From assembly GCA_963924565.1 (NCBI GenBank), contig OZ004607.1, forward strand, positions 7,998,001 to 8,062,000: a DNA stretch of 64,000 bases, written 5' to 3'. The notes under the pieces were generated by a model. The model searched no databases, was not told where the DNA came from, and saw only the letters and a list, made by a program, of their open reading frames with translations. Made by a program: the position numbers and the translations under genes. The stretch comes from Ascidiella aspersa (Eukaryota). Shown here in pieces: positions 13,723 to 27,100 of the stretch; the first letter of the stretch is position 1; each line of letters opens with the position of its first letter.

Positions 13723-13869
13723 GTAAGCAACTTCTCCGATCACAACCAGAGCTCGATGTCGGACTCGGAGATCAGCAGCATTCCCTCGGTATCGTCGGCC
13801 AGTCACGAGCCTGGTAACGCCTGCTCTACCCCTCTTACAGCCGAATCCAACATGACGGCTTGCAGTTAG
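13723..13869 (+). CDS. Isl: Islet terminal coding exon (Ser-rich tail, TAG stop)
   Basis: Acceptor tattttcttttccag|; reads VSNFSDHNQSSMSDSEISSIPSVSSASHEPGNACSTPLTAESNMTACS*. QQL|VSNFS parallels vertebrate QQL|VNFS. Stop at 13867-13869. Confidence 0.88.
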   Translation, partial: VSNFSDHNQSSMSDSEISSIPSVSSASHEPGNACSTPLTAESNMTACS

Positions 13870-15216
13870 CTCAACGCCACACTTACGCCGCACTTGCTGT
13901 AACACTGACTGTCGGGCTGGCGTTGTATCGGCGCACGCAAAAGCCGGGACTTGGGTCACTACAGCGGCTGAAACTGGCTCGAATCTGCGAAAGGGTTCTA
14001 GAGACGCTAAAAGCTGGTAAAGAGCCCAGAAAGAGCTGAAAAACTGCAGCACGCGGAGAACAAAAGGCATTAACGGCCTCACTATTCGCGGGACATTGTC
14101 AATTAAAAAAATGGACGTCTAAACAAAGAAAAGCGAAAAACCGAGTCGGAAGAATCTCAGTAATCTATACTTTCGTTGTTGATGCTACATTGTGACTCTA
14201 GCAAGTCAGCTTAAAATGCAATCATCGCCGGTCGCTTTTTTCCTCGCCATTTCGACCACTGGAGGCGCACAACACGACTGCTGGATTTCTATTTGCCGTT
14301 TGCGCATCAATCACTTATAAGAACGAAGCTGCTTTCGTGTGAGCAGTTAAAAACACTGGTTTGTTTGCAATAACTTCCCAAACGCAATCAAAATCGGGCC
14401 GGATATAAGCTTTCTGGCCATTTTTGTTCGCAGAGAATTTCACGCAACATCAATCAATCAATAAGTATTTCGTCGTCACGGTGCTTCTTTTTATTTTATC
14501 AGTCGCGTGCGTTCGTTTCTTACTGCTGGCCCGTTCGGGCTCTTATTGCATATATATATACAGTTTACTGCAGTAGCGCGCATTTACAGGCACCGGGTCA
14601 AGGCGTTTCGGGGCCACAAAAAACTGCAAAATTATTAAACTATGTACTTAAAGCCAATTAGACGAGGCTGTAATTTTTTGAAAAAAGCAGCGCTCATTCG
14701 ATCACTAAACTCTTTAATCCGGTGCCGTACACTCTATTTACGTCATGCGTTTCTTCTCGAACCTTCTCTCGGCGAATCGCGAGCGACCGCTGGCTGGTCG
14801 TTGGGCTTGCGAAGAAAAAACTTGAAAGCGCCCCAAAGCCAACGCGTGGAGTTGGCAGCCCCCCTTTTGCCGCCGGCTCGACACACAAAGGAACCGGGTT
14901 TAATTTCCGCCTGAGCCGACGGCAGGGCAAGATGCAACTGATTGACATCGTTTTGGCTTAAAGTAAAACGCGTCGTTCTCTGTAAAGACAAAGTGCGCTG
15001 GCATTTCTCGGCACAATGACGTGCTTTGTTTTACCCGCTTAGCGTCCTTTGCTGCTTTATTGCGCAAACGCAGCCGGTAACCTTTAAATTTTATTAAACT
15101 TTCAGCGGTTGGAAGCCATACTTTTGACGTGAGTTGCATCATACGTTACAAATATTTAATTACGCCGACTTGGAGGCATGCTATTACGCTAAACCTACAG
15201 CTGCTTCAACTTGAAA

Positions 15217-15222
15217 AATAAA
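15217..15222 (+). other. Candidate Islet polyadenylation signal
   Basis: First AATAAA I found after the stop codon; ATTAAA variants occur earlier at 14102 and 14634. Confidence 0.3.
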
Positions 15223-15542
15223 TTTAAATTTTTCGCTATTTGTTTAAAATGACCTTTTTTTGAAGAACCGTTTACCATATAAGCTGTTTACATACTATTT
15301 TTTCACCAACTTGACCGCCCCACCCTATCCCCGTTCCATGCGCCCAGAGGAGATGCTATACCTATTTAATTTATTATTTATTCTTTGCTCGGTCTATCGC
15401 TTTGTTTTTTTCAAATGCTCCAAAACACTATATACGTTCTTTGCATCAGGTACTTTTTCGTTGTGACGATGACTTGTGTACAACATTGACGTGACCCTTC
15501 TTGAAACGACGACGGCTATGTTACTCTTGCGCGCATGCTTGC

Positions 15543-15609
15543 CGTGTATGAGCGTGCGCGTGCGTGCGTAGATGTGCGTGTGTGTGTATGAGCGTGTGTG
15601 TCTGTGTGC
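15543..15609. repeat. Imperfect (GT/GC)n alternating purine-pyrimidine tract
   Basis: cgtgtatgagcgtgcgcgtgcgtgcgtagatgtgcgtgtgtgtgtatgagcgtgtgtgtctgtgtgc. Confidence 0.7.
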
Positions 15610-18600
15610 TTCGATATTCCCACCGTTCGCGTTAAGTTTCTTCCGTTTTTTTCTGGCTATTTTGGTCGCACTTGGCTCTGACAAGAAGTGATAAAAACTT
15701 GCATGCGAATATTGCAACCGGCCTCTTAAGCCCAATCTTAGCACAACACGTTCTTGTTCTTTAATGGCATCGCACGGCGAGTATACACTAGAACGCGGTT
15801 CACACGCTGCGATGCCTGTGGCCGCCCCCCTATTTACTTGTGTGCAAACCCGAAGCCTCGCTATTTCTCATCCGTTTTGTTTTTGTTTTTTTCTCCGCTC
15901 TCTTTTTCGTGTCCCCTATTTCCTTATTGGCGCTTGTATTTTTGAACGACGAACAGACGAGAAAATCTCTAACGAAATCGAATGGTGCTTTTTTGACTGG
16001 CAGAGCGCTCCCCTGGTATATAGCAAGAGGCAATACAGCACTGTTGTTATTTTTGTTTCGCGACAGTCTCAGGCGTCGGGCGTTAAACTAACACAAAACA
16101 GTCGACAGGTCGAGACAAGTCCTCGCTACACTGGGCTTCCCTGCTAGCTAGATGTATGCAAAACCGGGCTGATGATATTTACCCAAAAACTAGGCGAAAG
16201 TGGCGATCTGTTTGCCGGCGATGCTTTGAATCCAGCTTAACGCGCTTGTGTTGCAAACAGCGTCCGGCATTGTGGTCTATGGCCACCTACAACGTCGTTA
16301 AGCGGTTCTATTGTAAGGCGGCCAGCAGGTCAAAAGTTAGGCGGGAATTTCAGGTGAAAATCCCACGAGAAAGCTACAAGGTTGTCCTTAAGGTTGCCAG
16401 GGCTGCCGCGCCCCGAAACGGAAACAAATCGTAAACAATCGGCAAACAACAGCTCCGCCCGTCGGTCTGATGGCCGGGTGATGTGACACATTCACAAATA
16501 ACCGTCGGTGTGTTTTTTTTTCAACCGGCATTTTTTTCCCGAGCAGTGAAGCGGTTTGTAGCAACAAAACAGCATTTCTTTAAAAGCAGGCAAAATAGTA
16601 AATTTGTTAGCGCCATATTAAACGTAGGCCTACAATCTTGAAGCATGGGACTGTTTTGCTTAAATTCCAAACATGCGTAACTCTTTTCCTAAAACGTTTC
16701 ATAAAGTATTATGGATTTAAGAAGGCCTTGACTAACATTTACACTTAAAACCAAAAATATGGCGCATTTAAAATTGCTACAGCATATTTTTTTACGTATC
16801 AGCTCTAAGGAAATGCAAAAATTGGTATAACTCATATTGAGGATTTCCTTAAACGACCTATACGAAATAAGTCTGTGCAATTCAAATTTCATACTCATTT
16901 TATAATTAAATAGTTAACAACTTTATATTTAAAATGACTTAAGGATTTTATTTTTTAATGCTCAAGCAAGCCTAAACTTTTTTGAAAAGAATAATGAGAA
17001 TGACGACCTACATGGACAATAGCAAAAAATGTTTATTGTTTCAAATTTATCTATATGTAGCTGCAGGTATAGTACTTTACTGGAATAAAATGCACATTTA
17101 ATTTCGCTGTAGCTTTCAATGATGACAAAGTGCCTCTTGTATTGGTAGTGAAGCAACGGCCGCTTGAATGCAAACGCGTATAAAATGGCAAGCTGTACCA
17201 CAGGCTGCTGTCCGCCCTCAAGCATTGTGCGCTTCTTTATGTCGTTCTGTCAGTTACAAATCGACAGCAGTTGTCAAAACATGCTTTAGAAAGGTTGGAA
17301 TGTAGTCACAATTGGGGTCTGTTGGCCTTATGCATGCTTTAGCCCCAAAGTCCCGCTGGCATTTTCTGCCCCCATGGGACCGCGACTCCTTGTGGGGTCC
17401 GCTTTGGGGTTGCACCGAAAAGTGATCGCGACCGTCGGGGGTCAGTGAGGGTGAACGCCCCCGATTTAGGGGTGCTTGGATCGGGGGTAAGGCGGTCGAA
17501 GTGGGTGAAGGCCTAAGTACAAACAAGCGCGTTCAACGCTGTAGTGAAAGTGTCAGTCAAACATAAAGCGGCCAAGTTCGAGGTTGGTTTACAAAGCACA
17601 ACAGACAAACTATGGCGTTTGTTTGACTGGACTAAAAATGGGAGGGGCAAAAATAGAGGGGAGTCCATAGAAGGCCCTTCTTTGTTCTCTTTGAATGACA
17701 TTTGTATTAGTTCTAGATTTACTTTAGCCCAGGGGTTAACTTTTGTTAACCCTGATGACATGTTCCGAACCGGTAATCTACCCGTTAGCAAAAGCGGGAA
17801 TGCCTTGAACTTGTATTGTCAAATTTGGCAGATATAGTGTATCGGAATTGGGACAACTGACAGCCAGAGGAAAAAAGTTCCGCGTTAAATGGCTGCCTCG
17901 CAAAAACAAATCGATTGGAACCTGTAAACCAAACCAGATAAACACATTGACGTATGGAGTGTTGCTGCTGTGAAGATACATCCGAAGCAGTCTGCACCAA
18001 ATCAGGTCGCCAACATATCTACAATACTCCGGCCTGTCACCAGTTAATCATTATAGGCTGCCAGACGCCACCGTCCGGCCATGGAAGGCTAACAGGCTGG
18101 CGTGAGAGTGTGCTGGTTGTGCGGGCGTGGGAAGGGACCCGTTTACGCCGCAGCACCAGCACCATCTATACAGTACACAGGCGGCCATAATTGTGTTGTT
18201 TCCGAGTGTCTCGTCGTCAGCAACACGGACTGTCAGTCCGACAGCTAGCGACTGTCATGTAGTACAAGCGCGCGGACAAGGCAAAGCCCGGGCACCGTCT
18301 CCAGTTAGCTTGTAGCCGCTATCTTTCGAGTCCGCCACGCCGAAAACACTGGTGAGAGCGCGAGAGGGATGGCGATTATTGTGCTTGAAACCAAACACGC
18401 GCCAAAGAGCGACTGCTTCGGGTAAACAGCCAAACACGGATTTTTTCGACCCGGGGATTAACGTTAAGGCCCAGTACATGGTAAACCTGGTTTAAAAGGC
18501 AATTTATTTCAACGGTATTGTTTTAAAGGTTGTAGGCCCTTTCATCGTTTTGTTTTATCGCGATGTTGGGTGCAAATAGAAAAACATTTAAAATAAGTGA

Positions 18601-18729
18601 CACGACAAAATTTTTCACAATTAAAAAAAACAGTTGGCCTACGAGTCAGCACGAAAAAAAATTAATTTAATTAAAATTGGCCAGGTGGCTTAACAACAAG
18701 ACAAAAAGGTTTGAAATTCGCAACCAGCT

Positions 18730-18902
18730 ATCTGCAGAGGGTCGTGTAAATGGGTCTGTTGAAACCTTTGTTTCTGAAGTACCTCACCACAACCCAAGTT
18801 GCTGTTTTTAGCACATAATTGGCAAAATGAGATGAGATCGCCCTTTCTGTAACAACCGCTGATTTGATCACGCAATTTCGACACCTCTTTGATTTTATCC
18901 AT
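18730..18902 (-). mobile_element. Decayed Tc1/mariner transposase N-terminus (frameshifted)
   Basis: ATG 18902: MDKIKEVSKLRDQISGCYRKG resembles Tc1-family MxKxKELSxDLRxxIVxxxxxG; another frame continues ...TATWVVVRYFRNKG, resembling STVxxIVRKFxxTG. No TIRs found. Confidence 0.4.
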
Positions 18903-21900
18903 TTTGAAAAATGCAATATGTTTACTGCAGCAGTACATAAATTAATGTCAAATAATATCTTTTCAGTACTTTTACTATGCGAACAAATGGTAAATAAAGT
19001 ACCTGGCAGAGCCAAATTTATATTATTTAACCTTGATTGCTTTTTGGTATATTAGCCTTTTTTATGTTTTTATCAGATGATAGCAATCGAAGACATACTG
19101 GACGTTTATTGTTTGTTTATTCCTAAGTTCAAACCACAAAATTATGTTTTGTGACCTTTTTTAGTGCAACGAAATACGGGTAATAAGATGTGTAAAAAAC
19201 TAGTGCAAAATTTTTATTATTAAAAAAATAATGTAGATTAATACCTTTTTAGTTTGTTAAAGCTTTGTTAAGTCCCAGAAAAGTCTTTTTGAAATACCAA
19301 GTCAACATATTGCAATTCAATTGATTTATGTGCAAAACTTAAGATAGGCCTGCACAACCTAATTTTATAAAAACAATTCTTAATGAAAACACTTTAACCC
19401 AAGCCATTTGTCCAAAACACTTTAAGTTAAATCAATTCATTTGTCCAGCAGACTTGGGGCAAGTCAAGTTATTTTGCCCAAAAGACTTATGTCAAGTCGA
19501 GTAATTTGAAAACAGTCATTGGCTTGATTCACACTGCGTGTTAGACTTAGCACACAAAATGATTATTCAGCTATTTTGGCGACCCGCGACACAATAGTGA
19601 ATTGAAAACTTTTCAAAGGAACATTCGTTTCACTGATTTTCAAAGGGATGTTATAGAACTCAAAACAAATATCGAAAGCATAAAAAAACTATATAGTCCC
19701 ATTAGTTCGCACGGACAAACTAAAAAATAAATAGGAAATATATTCGTTGGCGTTCGAAATATTGATAAGCAATCACAATATGGCTGATTTGTGTAATTGT
19801 AGACGTTTCGTGATTAACCAACACGGACACAATTTCATTTCCCAAAACCACCTGTAAATCGCCATTTTGTTCAAAGGCGAAACTTCGCCAAAGCTCCTAA
19901 TCCGAAAACAAATCGATTCAAAGTTTGTTTACTCAGTTCGTCGCAAAGGAATGGGGTGGTTACTCTGCACTAAACGAGGTTAACCTTTTTTGGACCAAAG
20001 ATCAGTCGGAGAGGTTACGTAATCTAAGGTGCTTGAACTAAAACACAAAAAGGCTGGTTCAACAATTTAAAACAAACTGTTTTGATTTGATTGTTATAAA
20101 ACAGTCTCTATGTATTTTTGGTTTCTATAAATTCGAACGTTTTGTTTTTGATGATCTGTCTATAAATAAAGTTAAAGCCTTTCGTGAAGTTACAGTCTGG
20201 CAATATAAAATCATGAGTGGGCTTGTAATAAAGTTTTATGCAGGGCATACGAAACATTGTGGAAGGTCAAATTATAAATATATTTAAACAGCAACTCAAA
20301 CAGTTTGCAAAGAACCCACCCTAATCCCAATCGTGTCCTAATTTGGTTAAGACCAGCAACATGCTTTGAGTTCACTTTTCAACATGAAGCACACCTTTTA
20401 TGTATTTGTTGTTAGTGTGAATAACATTAATGGATATATATTTCTTGCAGACAACTCGACACTTAAATACCTACAAGGCCCAAAGCTAGCTTTACCAAAT
20501 TAACGCCAAGCCAAGAATGTTTTAGAATGAGAAACGTTTGTTTTCAAATCGAAAAATTTAGTGGAAAGTAAATGAAGCTATACAACTAATGCTAAGATAT
20601 GTAGCAAAAAGGTGCGCTTTGGGCATTTTGCAGCAAAAAATCTTCACAGGCCAACACCATGCGTTTAACCACGTTTCTCCATTTGCTACTGGAATCTAAC
20701 GTATCGCCTTGTTCTTAAGAAAAAATCGCTGCCTTTTTGCGACCCTAATGCTCCTGCTACCCAAGCCAGCCCGAATTTCGGACGATTTGTAAGGTCGGAA
20801 CAAAATGAAAAAAATAACGCCCCATTTTCCCACACTCACCTTGACAGGGCCTTGGCGCAGCGCTTGGGGCTCCAGTTACACTAATATTTGTGCTGTCGCC
20901 GCGCAGGAGTGGGCCTGGCCCGGTGCCGCCGACGCCGAGGTGTGATATTCCACACTTATTAGGGCCCGGGGCCCCTTTGTGCAAGCGGGAAGCTTAGCGC
21001 CTGCTCACTCCAGCGCTTCCCGCCCCGATGCAATCGAGCCCTGGGTACTGGGGGGTTTGGGGGGCCGCCAAAGGTGCATTGGTCACTTCCCTCCCCCCAG
21101 CACCGCCCCAGCGTCGAGACTTTCTGACCGGTTGCACTCGACTGCTAGTGGCGCCCCGGCGGCTATTTTTAAACCTGGACGAGTCTTACACTTTTTGCGT
21201 GCATGTGTTGGGCTCTGATTCAAGCTGTACAATCAAGAAAACAAAACTCAGAACAGATGGCGTGTTGGAACGCTAAAGCAATTGATGTGGCTGTCAAATG
21301 TGAGTTGGGATTACTTATTGACCCTATGTTACAATAGCCTTTTTACACCTGTTCAGATATAGGCGCCCATGAAATCCTTCGAACTGTATAGTACAGTAAA
21401 TAGGGACCACAAAAGACAATTTGCGTTAGTACAACGCCCAACAACAATGTTGTAAAAAGTAAATGTGGGCAAAGAGCGATATTTTAATGATGGCTGCGTA
21501 ATCAAGGAAATGGTTAAGGGCTAAATCCTAATCAATGTTTCAAACTTATAGCAACCAGTCGTTCCATGTTTTAGTTGTCGATTAGCGAAATGATTTGCTT
21601 TTAAAGACGGGGGGCATTGAATCAACATCAAAACCCATTGGGTGACCCATCTTTTTTTAGGGTTAAGTAAATTGAGAACAATCCAAAGCACTTGTCTGTG
21701 ATGCAAGAATAATATAGATTGGTGTCCAATTAAAACGCAAAGGTATAAGGGGAAATTTGGTACCCAACGAAAGCTAAAGCATTTACCTACTTGTGTATGG
21801 ACTTTGATATACTTTTTACGTGTTACTTTACAACCTCGAACTATGCCCCTTTATAATGCATATATAGGTGTTTAAAAGCAATTCTTTCAGGGTGGAACCC

Positions 21901-21939
21901 ATGCTTTTCAGCAAGGGGGCAGACTTTCAAGCAACGTGT

Positions 21940-24120
21940 CAGTAAACCTCAACACGCCACACTCTCGGCACCTTTGCTTCCGACCGACGTGGCACGTTGC
22001 AATGGCACGCATGCTCTAGATTCGATTGCGTTGGGACCCCAGAGCGCATTACCCCAGCGAAGAGGGGGCTGTCAGGGCGCAGACGGGCGCGATGATTGAT
22101 CACCCAGGGGTGGCGTGCCGCTGGACAGATGACCCTCGGGCCGGCGGACATCGAGAGCGGTCAGTCACGGAACCGGACACCTCGCGCGAAGGCGATTTAA
22201 ATGGGCCGCGGAGCGCTCGACCCGAAACGGCAACAGAAGCAAAAAAAGAAGTCGCGCTCGGCCCCCCTGAGTACAAAGTAGCGCGCGGCGCAAGGCAAAC
22301 AACGGGGGCGCGAAGAAAAAGCCGAACTTTTTTTTTCGAGGGTTTGTTTTCTTTTGATCGCACTGACAAAGGCGCGCGGCGTGTTCGGCCCTCGCACCCA
22401 CAACAGCGGCGCTGCGAACACATAATGGCGGCCCGTTGACGAAAAGGGCCCGATTTCTGCGCGCGGGCGTATAAAAGTAAACTGCTGATGAGTCGACCAC
22501 GGGGGGGAGGGGGGATTCCTCTTGTTTTTGCGCCGGGGTGGAAAAGATCGCAACCCCCGGGTGACAAAAGGCGCGAAAAGTAAACGATACACGGCGGGAC
22601 AATCGCGCAAAAGACAAACCCTCTCAAAGGGTCGACAAAGCGCCCCGGCTCCGATTTCTGTTCGCCGGCCCCGCCTGCAAGGGGGCTCCGGGTGGAAACA
22701 ATGGGGCCGGCGCGCAGCGAGGGTGTCAAATACTTTGCGGAACGTGTCAAAATCCCGAGTGGCCTGTCTTGTTTCGGCAGCAGCGCGATTAAGCAGCGCC
22801 ACTCGAGCCCGGTTTGTCTTTCGCATTCAAACGGCGAGCACCGGCACTCCAGGGCTGAATGGCCGGCGCGTAACCCGGCCTGGGGCGCTTTCTTGCCCGG
22901 CCGCAATGTCTGAATACCCGGCGGCTGGTCCCTAGGGGTGTGGGGGTGAGGGGCCGTCGCGAGCAAATAAACACGCGTTTCAGAAACGAGGCTTACGTCA
23001 GCCCTTTGAAACTGCACCCGCGCCTCGATTTCTCGCAGCAGCTATGGAACAAATGCGGAAACCGCTCGATCACGATTTTCTTCTCGGCTTTGGAGAGAGC
23101 GAGCGGCGAGCGAGGTGTGTTTACCGCGGACTGGACAAACATTGGCGCGAGCGGCCGGCGACGGCGAACAACAACTGCAAGGTTTGTCGGCCTTTGATTG
23201 ACGCGTGACGCCGCTATATTTTCCCGCGATTTCCGGTCGCGAAAAGAAACAGCACCCCTCCCCACCCCCTAAGCAATCGCTCGTTAACCTGTCGTGCTGT
23301 CCGGGCGGCGTCGGGCGCTTTTACATTTCCCGCAAGCGGAGGCGACGCACACTCGTAAATCGCGCCTAGATTTCCGACGCACGCAAACGTGAAAGCGAAA
23401 GCGGATTTTGCGGCCATCGTTTTTCGACGCATTTTCGCCAGCGAACCGGAGGCGTCGCTGGAATCCAGGATGCGGGCGATTTCGGCGCCGTTTTCATAAC
23501 GCGACCGGCCTTAAGGGGGCGGGGGGACCCTCTGTGTTGCGTAACAGTGGCGCGACGCTCGCGACCTTCCCAATATCAAACGCGCGCGCTTTGCTGGCTT
23601 CGCTGGCTTCGGACGCTGGAACAACAACGCGACAAGCCGAGAGAACAGCTCCGCTCATTGTCTCCGGCGATGGCCAAGAAGATAAACCGTCATTGTTCGC
23701 AGCGCGATGCCAATTGTTTGCCGAAGGGCGCCTTGCTTCTGTGTCCATTCGCACGAGTCCCTGCTTTTGGGGGGCAACAGGCCTCGAAAGGGGGGCGGAG
23801 GGCCCAGGTATGCCAAAAAAACTAAAGAGTCCGTCTCGACCGGCGTTTTACACGATCGAGCCTGCGACTTGTCCAAGGTCAACACACAGACCTCGGTGGC
23901 CGTAAGCTGTTGCTTTTAGCAGACCCCGTTGCTTATCTGCCCGTGTTCCGGGCCGAGATCTCGAACACAATGGCTTCTATACACTGGCGAGAATTCCGTG
24001 CGAAAATATCTCGCCGCTTTTTTTCGCCACTCGAGACCTCGCGCTTAGGACGTTCGTCGTGTCTGTCCCAGAACTGTACAATCGAAGGCGCGAGAAAGTT
24101 TTCTCGGGTGTGACGTCATC
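21940..24120. promoter_or_regulatory. Large CpG-rich non-coding island, candidate cis-regulatory region
   Basis: About 2.2 kb of dense CpG between AT-rich flanks; TATAAAAG at 22470, TCCCTAGGGG at 22929, CRE at 24111. ORFs here lack splice signals and homology. Confidence 0.5.
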
Positions 24121-27100
24121 GAGAAATAAATGTGCGATGTTTTGCGATGGGGAAACTTGTTCGTGTCTGCCTCACGCTAAAACCTTTCGCAAAAAGTTAC
24201 CAAAAAACAGATCTAAGCGATTAGGTTAAATCGAGGTGTGTTGTCATGTGTTCCGACGGAGAAAATAACCTTTTATGCAATCTTGGCTAGGTGTTAAATG
24301 GCGTTCTTACTTTTTAGTTAACTTGTGTGTTTCAATTTTCTTTTATAAATTGATCAATAGTTTATTGAATGATTTCTGCTTTTCACTTGTTTACAGTATA
24401 GATGTGAGTATGACTATTTATGTACAGTCATGATTGTTTTGAAAAAAAATGATTTCGAACTTGAAATTAAAAATAGTCTATCAATACTAACCGCTAAAAA
24501 AACAATTAACCACTGAATTAAGTTTGTCGAACGTCTTTCTTATTTCTTCCCTCGTATGAATTAAAAAGCCGTAGCCCCAAAAGCGTCGCTATCGAAAGTT
24601 CTCGAAGCGATAAAAGGCGGGGATTCAAAATGGCCGAAGCGTTCCCTCTACGTCATTACACGACACACGGGTGCTTGTTTTACCAAGAAACGTGCGGCGA
24701 GTGTCAACAGGTTAACAAATCCCCCGCCCCGGTCAGTACTGTTTCAACACACATATTTATGAGCAAAGGTCGCCGGGAAAAGTGATTTTAGAAAACAAAC
24801 TTTTATGCAAGAAATGCAAAAGCAACGGGCATGAGATCACATCAGGGCCGTCGCTCTACTAACTTAACTATAAGGGTGACTATATTTTTATACCATTCCG
24901 AGCCAATCGAATGGTAGATTTTTTATGTTTTACTAGGGAAGAGCGACTTTATATTCGCTGTATGCACCAATTTTCTAATTTGCAGTTCACATGCAACACA
25001 CAAAATGTATCCCCATGTTTTATAGATTAGAATTGATCGCAGTAATTATAGAAATAACTCGATTATAGAGATAAGTTGCTTAAATTTTTATCATTTTCTT
25101 GTAATTGTCATTTTCTTGTGTTTGCTATTTTAAGCAGAACTAAAATATATACATGTAGTACCGGTATTTGTGCTTTATTAAACTTGTTTTTTTTCAGACC
25201 TTTTGTTTTACATAAATTCGTATACATTTTTCGCGAACATGCTTGCCCTTTCTTGTACAGTACTATACCCGTGGACTTTAAAACGTGCACTACGAAACTG
25301 AGGGTCATAGGATGGCCAGCCTGGAGGTTAAACAAACCTATATAGACATTGGTTGAGTGCCTTTAGTACGTCGATCGCTTCAGGGGAGCGACGCCCCGAA
25401 AAATGCCCTCAAGTCGACGGAGCAAAACCCAACAAACAAACTCGCGTTCGGCGCTCTCCACCCAAAAGCGCATCGCGTCGGCGGGGTCAAGTCCCCCACC
25501 CCCCGTCCGAAAGCCCCCGAATCGCCACACACGTAACCCACGCACTTAGCACGACCGCGAGCCTCTTCTGGGGCGTTGGCCCTTGTTCGTGGGGCAGGGT
25601 CGGGCGCATACCGCGCGCTGCTGGCCCCCGAGTTCACTTTCCCATGTCGCCGCGATGGGTTTGGAAGGCGATATTGTAATTGATCGGCAGGCACGCGTGT
25701 AGTATACAGGTGACGGCAAATGGCCAAAAGCGCCACGCTTGTTTTCACTTTTGCCCCGGCGCTCGATTGCGTCATCGAACCCCTCCCATTTTTTGGCCGG
25801 CCCGCCAGGCCGATTTTTGCCCCCCTTACCTCTTTGTTTAGGCAACTTTATGACATTTTTAAGCCACTAATTTTGCAAAAAGTGCACAAAAATGGGGTAA
25901 AATTTAAGCTAGTAGCTATTTGAGGCGTCCACACAGAGAAGGGTTAAAATCAGACATAAAAAACGTGGTCGAAAAGGGTGCCGGCCGCTTTCGAAATGGT
26001 CCTAGAAGCTGACTTTTTCGTCCGCTTTTGCTGTACTTGGCGGTCGGGCGAGACAACAGCGAGATAAATGGCGCTGGTGTTATTGTTTGGCGTTGGCCGC
26101 TCGTGTTTTGATGCCCCTAGCTCGCCAAAGCAAAACACACGCTTGCTTCTGAAGGGTGCGCACGGTTTCAAACGCTCAGGTAGCAAAGAAAACACGTGCG
26201 CGCCTCTCGTTGGAAATAAGGCGTGTTTTTTCTGCGTTCCGTATTTAGCGACCGTTAAATCGTACCGGCGAAACAAATCATTAGCGGGCGTTTTGCGGCA
26301 TTGCCGGTTGTCCCGGGGTGTATGCGTTACACGCTAGGTCGACCTTGACTGCTATAACCCCGGGTTTCAGTTTTTTAGGCTTTCACCGTTTGGCCAAATC
26401 ACGAGCGCGCTTTGAAAGTGATATGTTTTGTTGTTTGTCGTTAGCGACATTTTCTTACCACCCTAATTGCGCCTCATTTTTGTCGTCGTTGAAAATTCCC
26501 CACATTCTGAACCGTTATGTACTCTTTTCCTATATGAGAAATAACTCCAGTTGTTACAAATTTGAGGTGTTATAGTGATCAAAAAGTGATCAAAGTTGTC
26601 AAATGACAAGAGCAACCAAAATGGTTGACATGCCAGAGCATTTTTTTTAACCATTTTTTTTAACTAACCAAAGACTTTGCTTATAATTGCGTCACATAAC
26701 TTTAAACAAACTATGAGGATAAAATATATTTTTAGTTATTAAAACTCAAACACAAGTATCAAATGTGTTGTTAACAACTTCGGAATTCCGAAATTGGTAA
26801 TATTGACAGAAATATATGGACGCCATAACGCCAAGTGTCTCAGTTTACTATATTACAACACGAATAAAAATAAAATAGTTGTTTGAAGCAGTAAATATTT
26901 TATACAAACAGTTGTAAAAATGTTTCATACAAGCATTTCTGCTTTTATTCCTTGTCAATGTCGCCATTTTTGCAATGTATTTCTAACATGATTAGGAATG
27001 TAAAAAACAAATTTGAAAAAACGTGTATAATACCTTTGAGATTTTATATTAACATATTTTTTTTCACACAAGAAGCTACACAACCAATGTTTAGATAGAA

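Noticed and set aside
17254-17930. Minus-strand acceptors near Islet as the Scaper last exon
   Set aside because: Good polypyrimidine tracts, but no frame resembles the SCAPER C-terminus.
22100-23017. 305-aa minus-strand ORF and overlapping ORFs
   Set aside because: Non-ATG start, Arg/Pro/Ala-rich, no recognisable domain, several frames open at once: typical of a GC-rich island.
22993-23100. ERFPHLF as the SCAPER terminal motif
   Set aside because: No Trp or FF downstream and no good acceptor.
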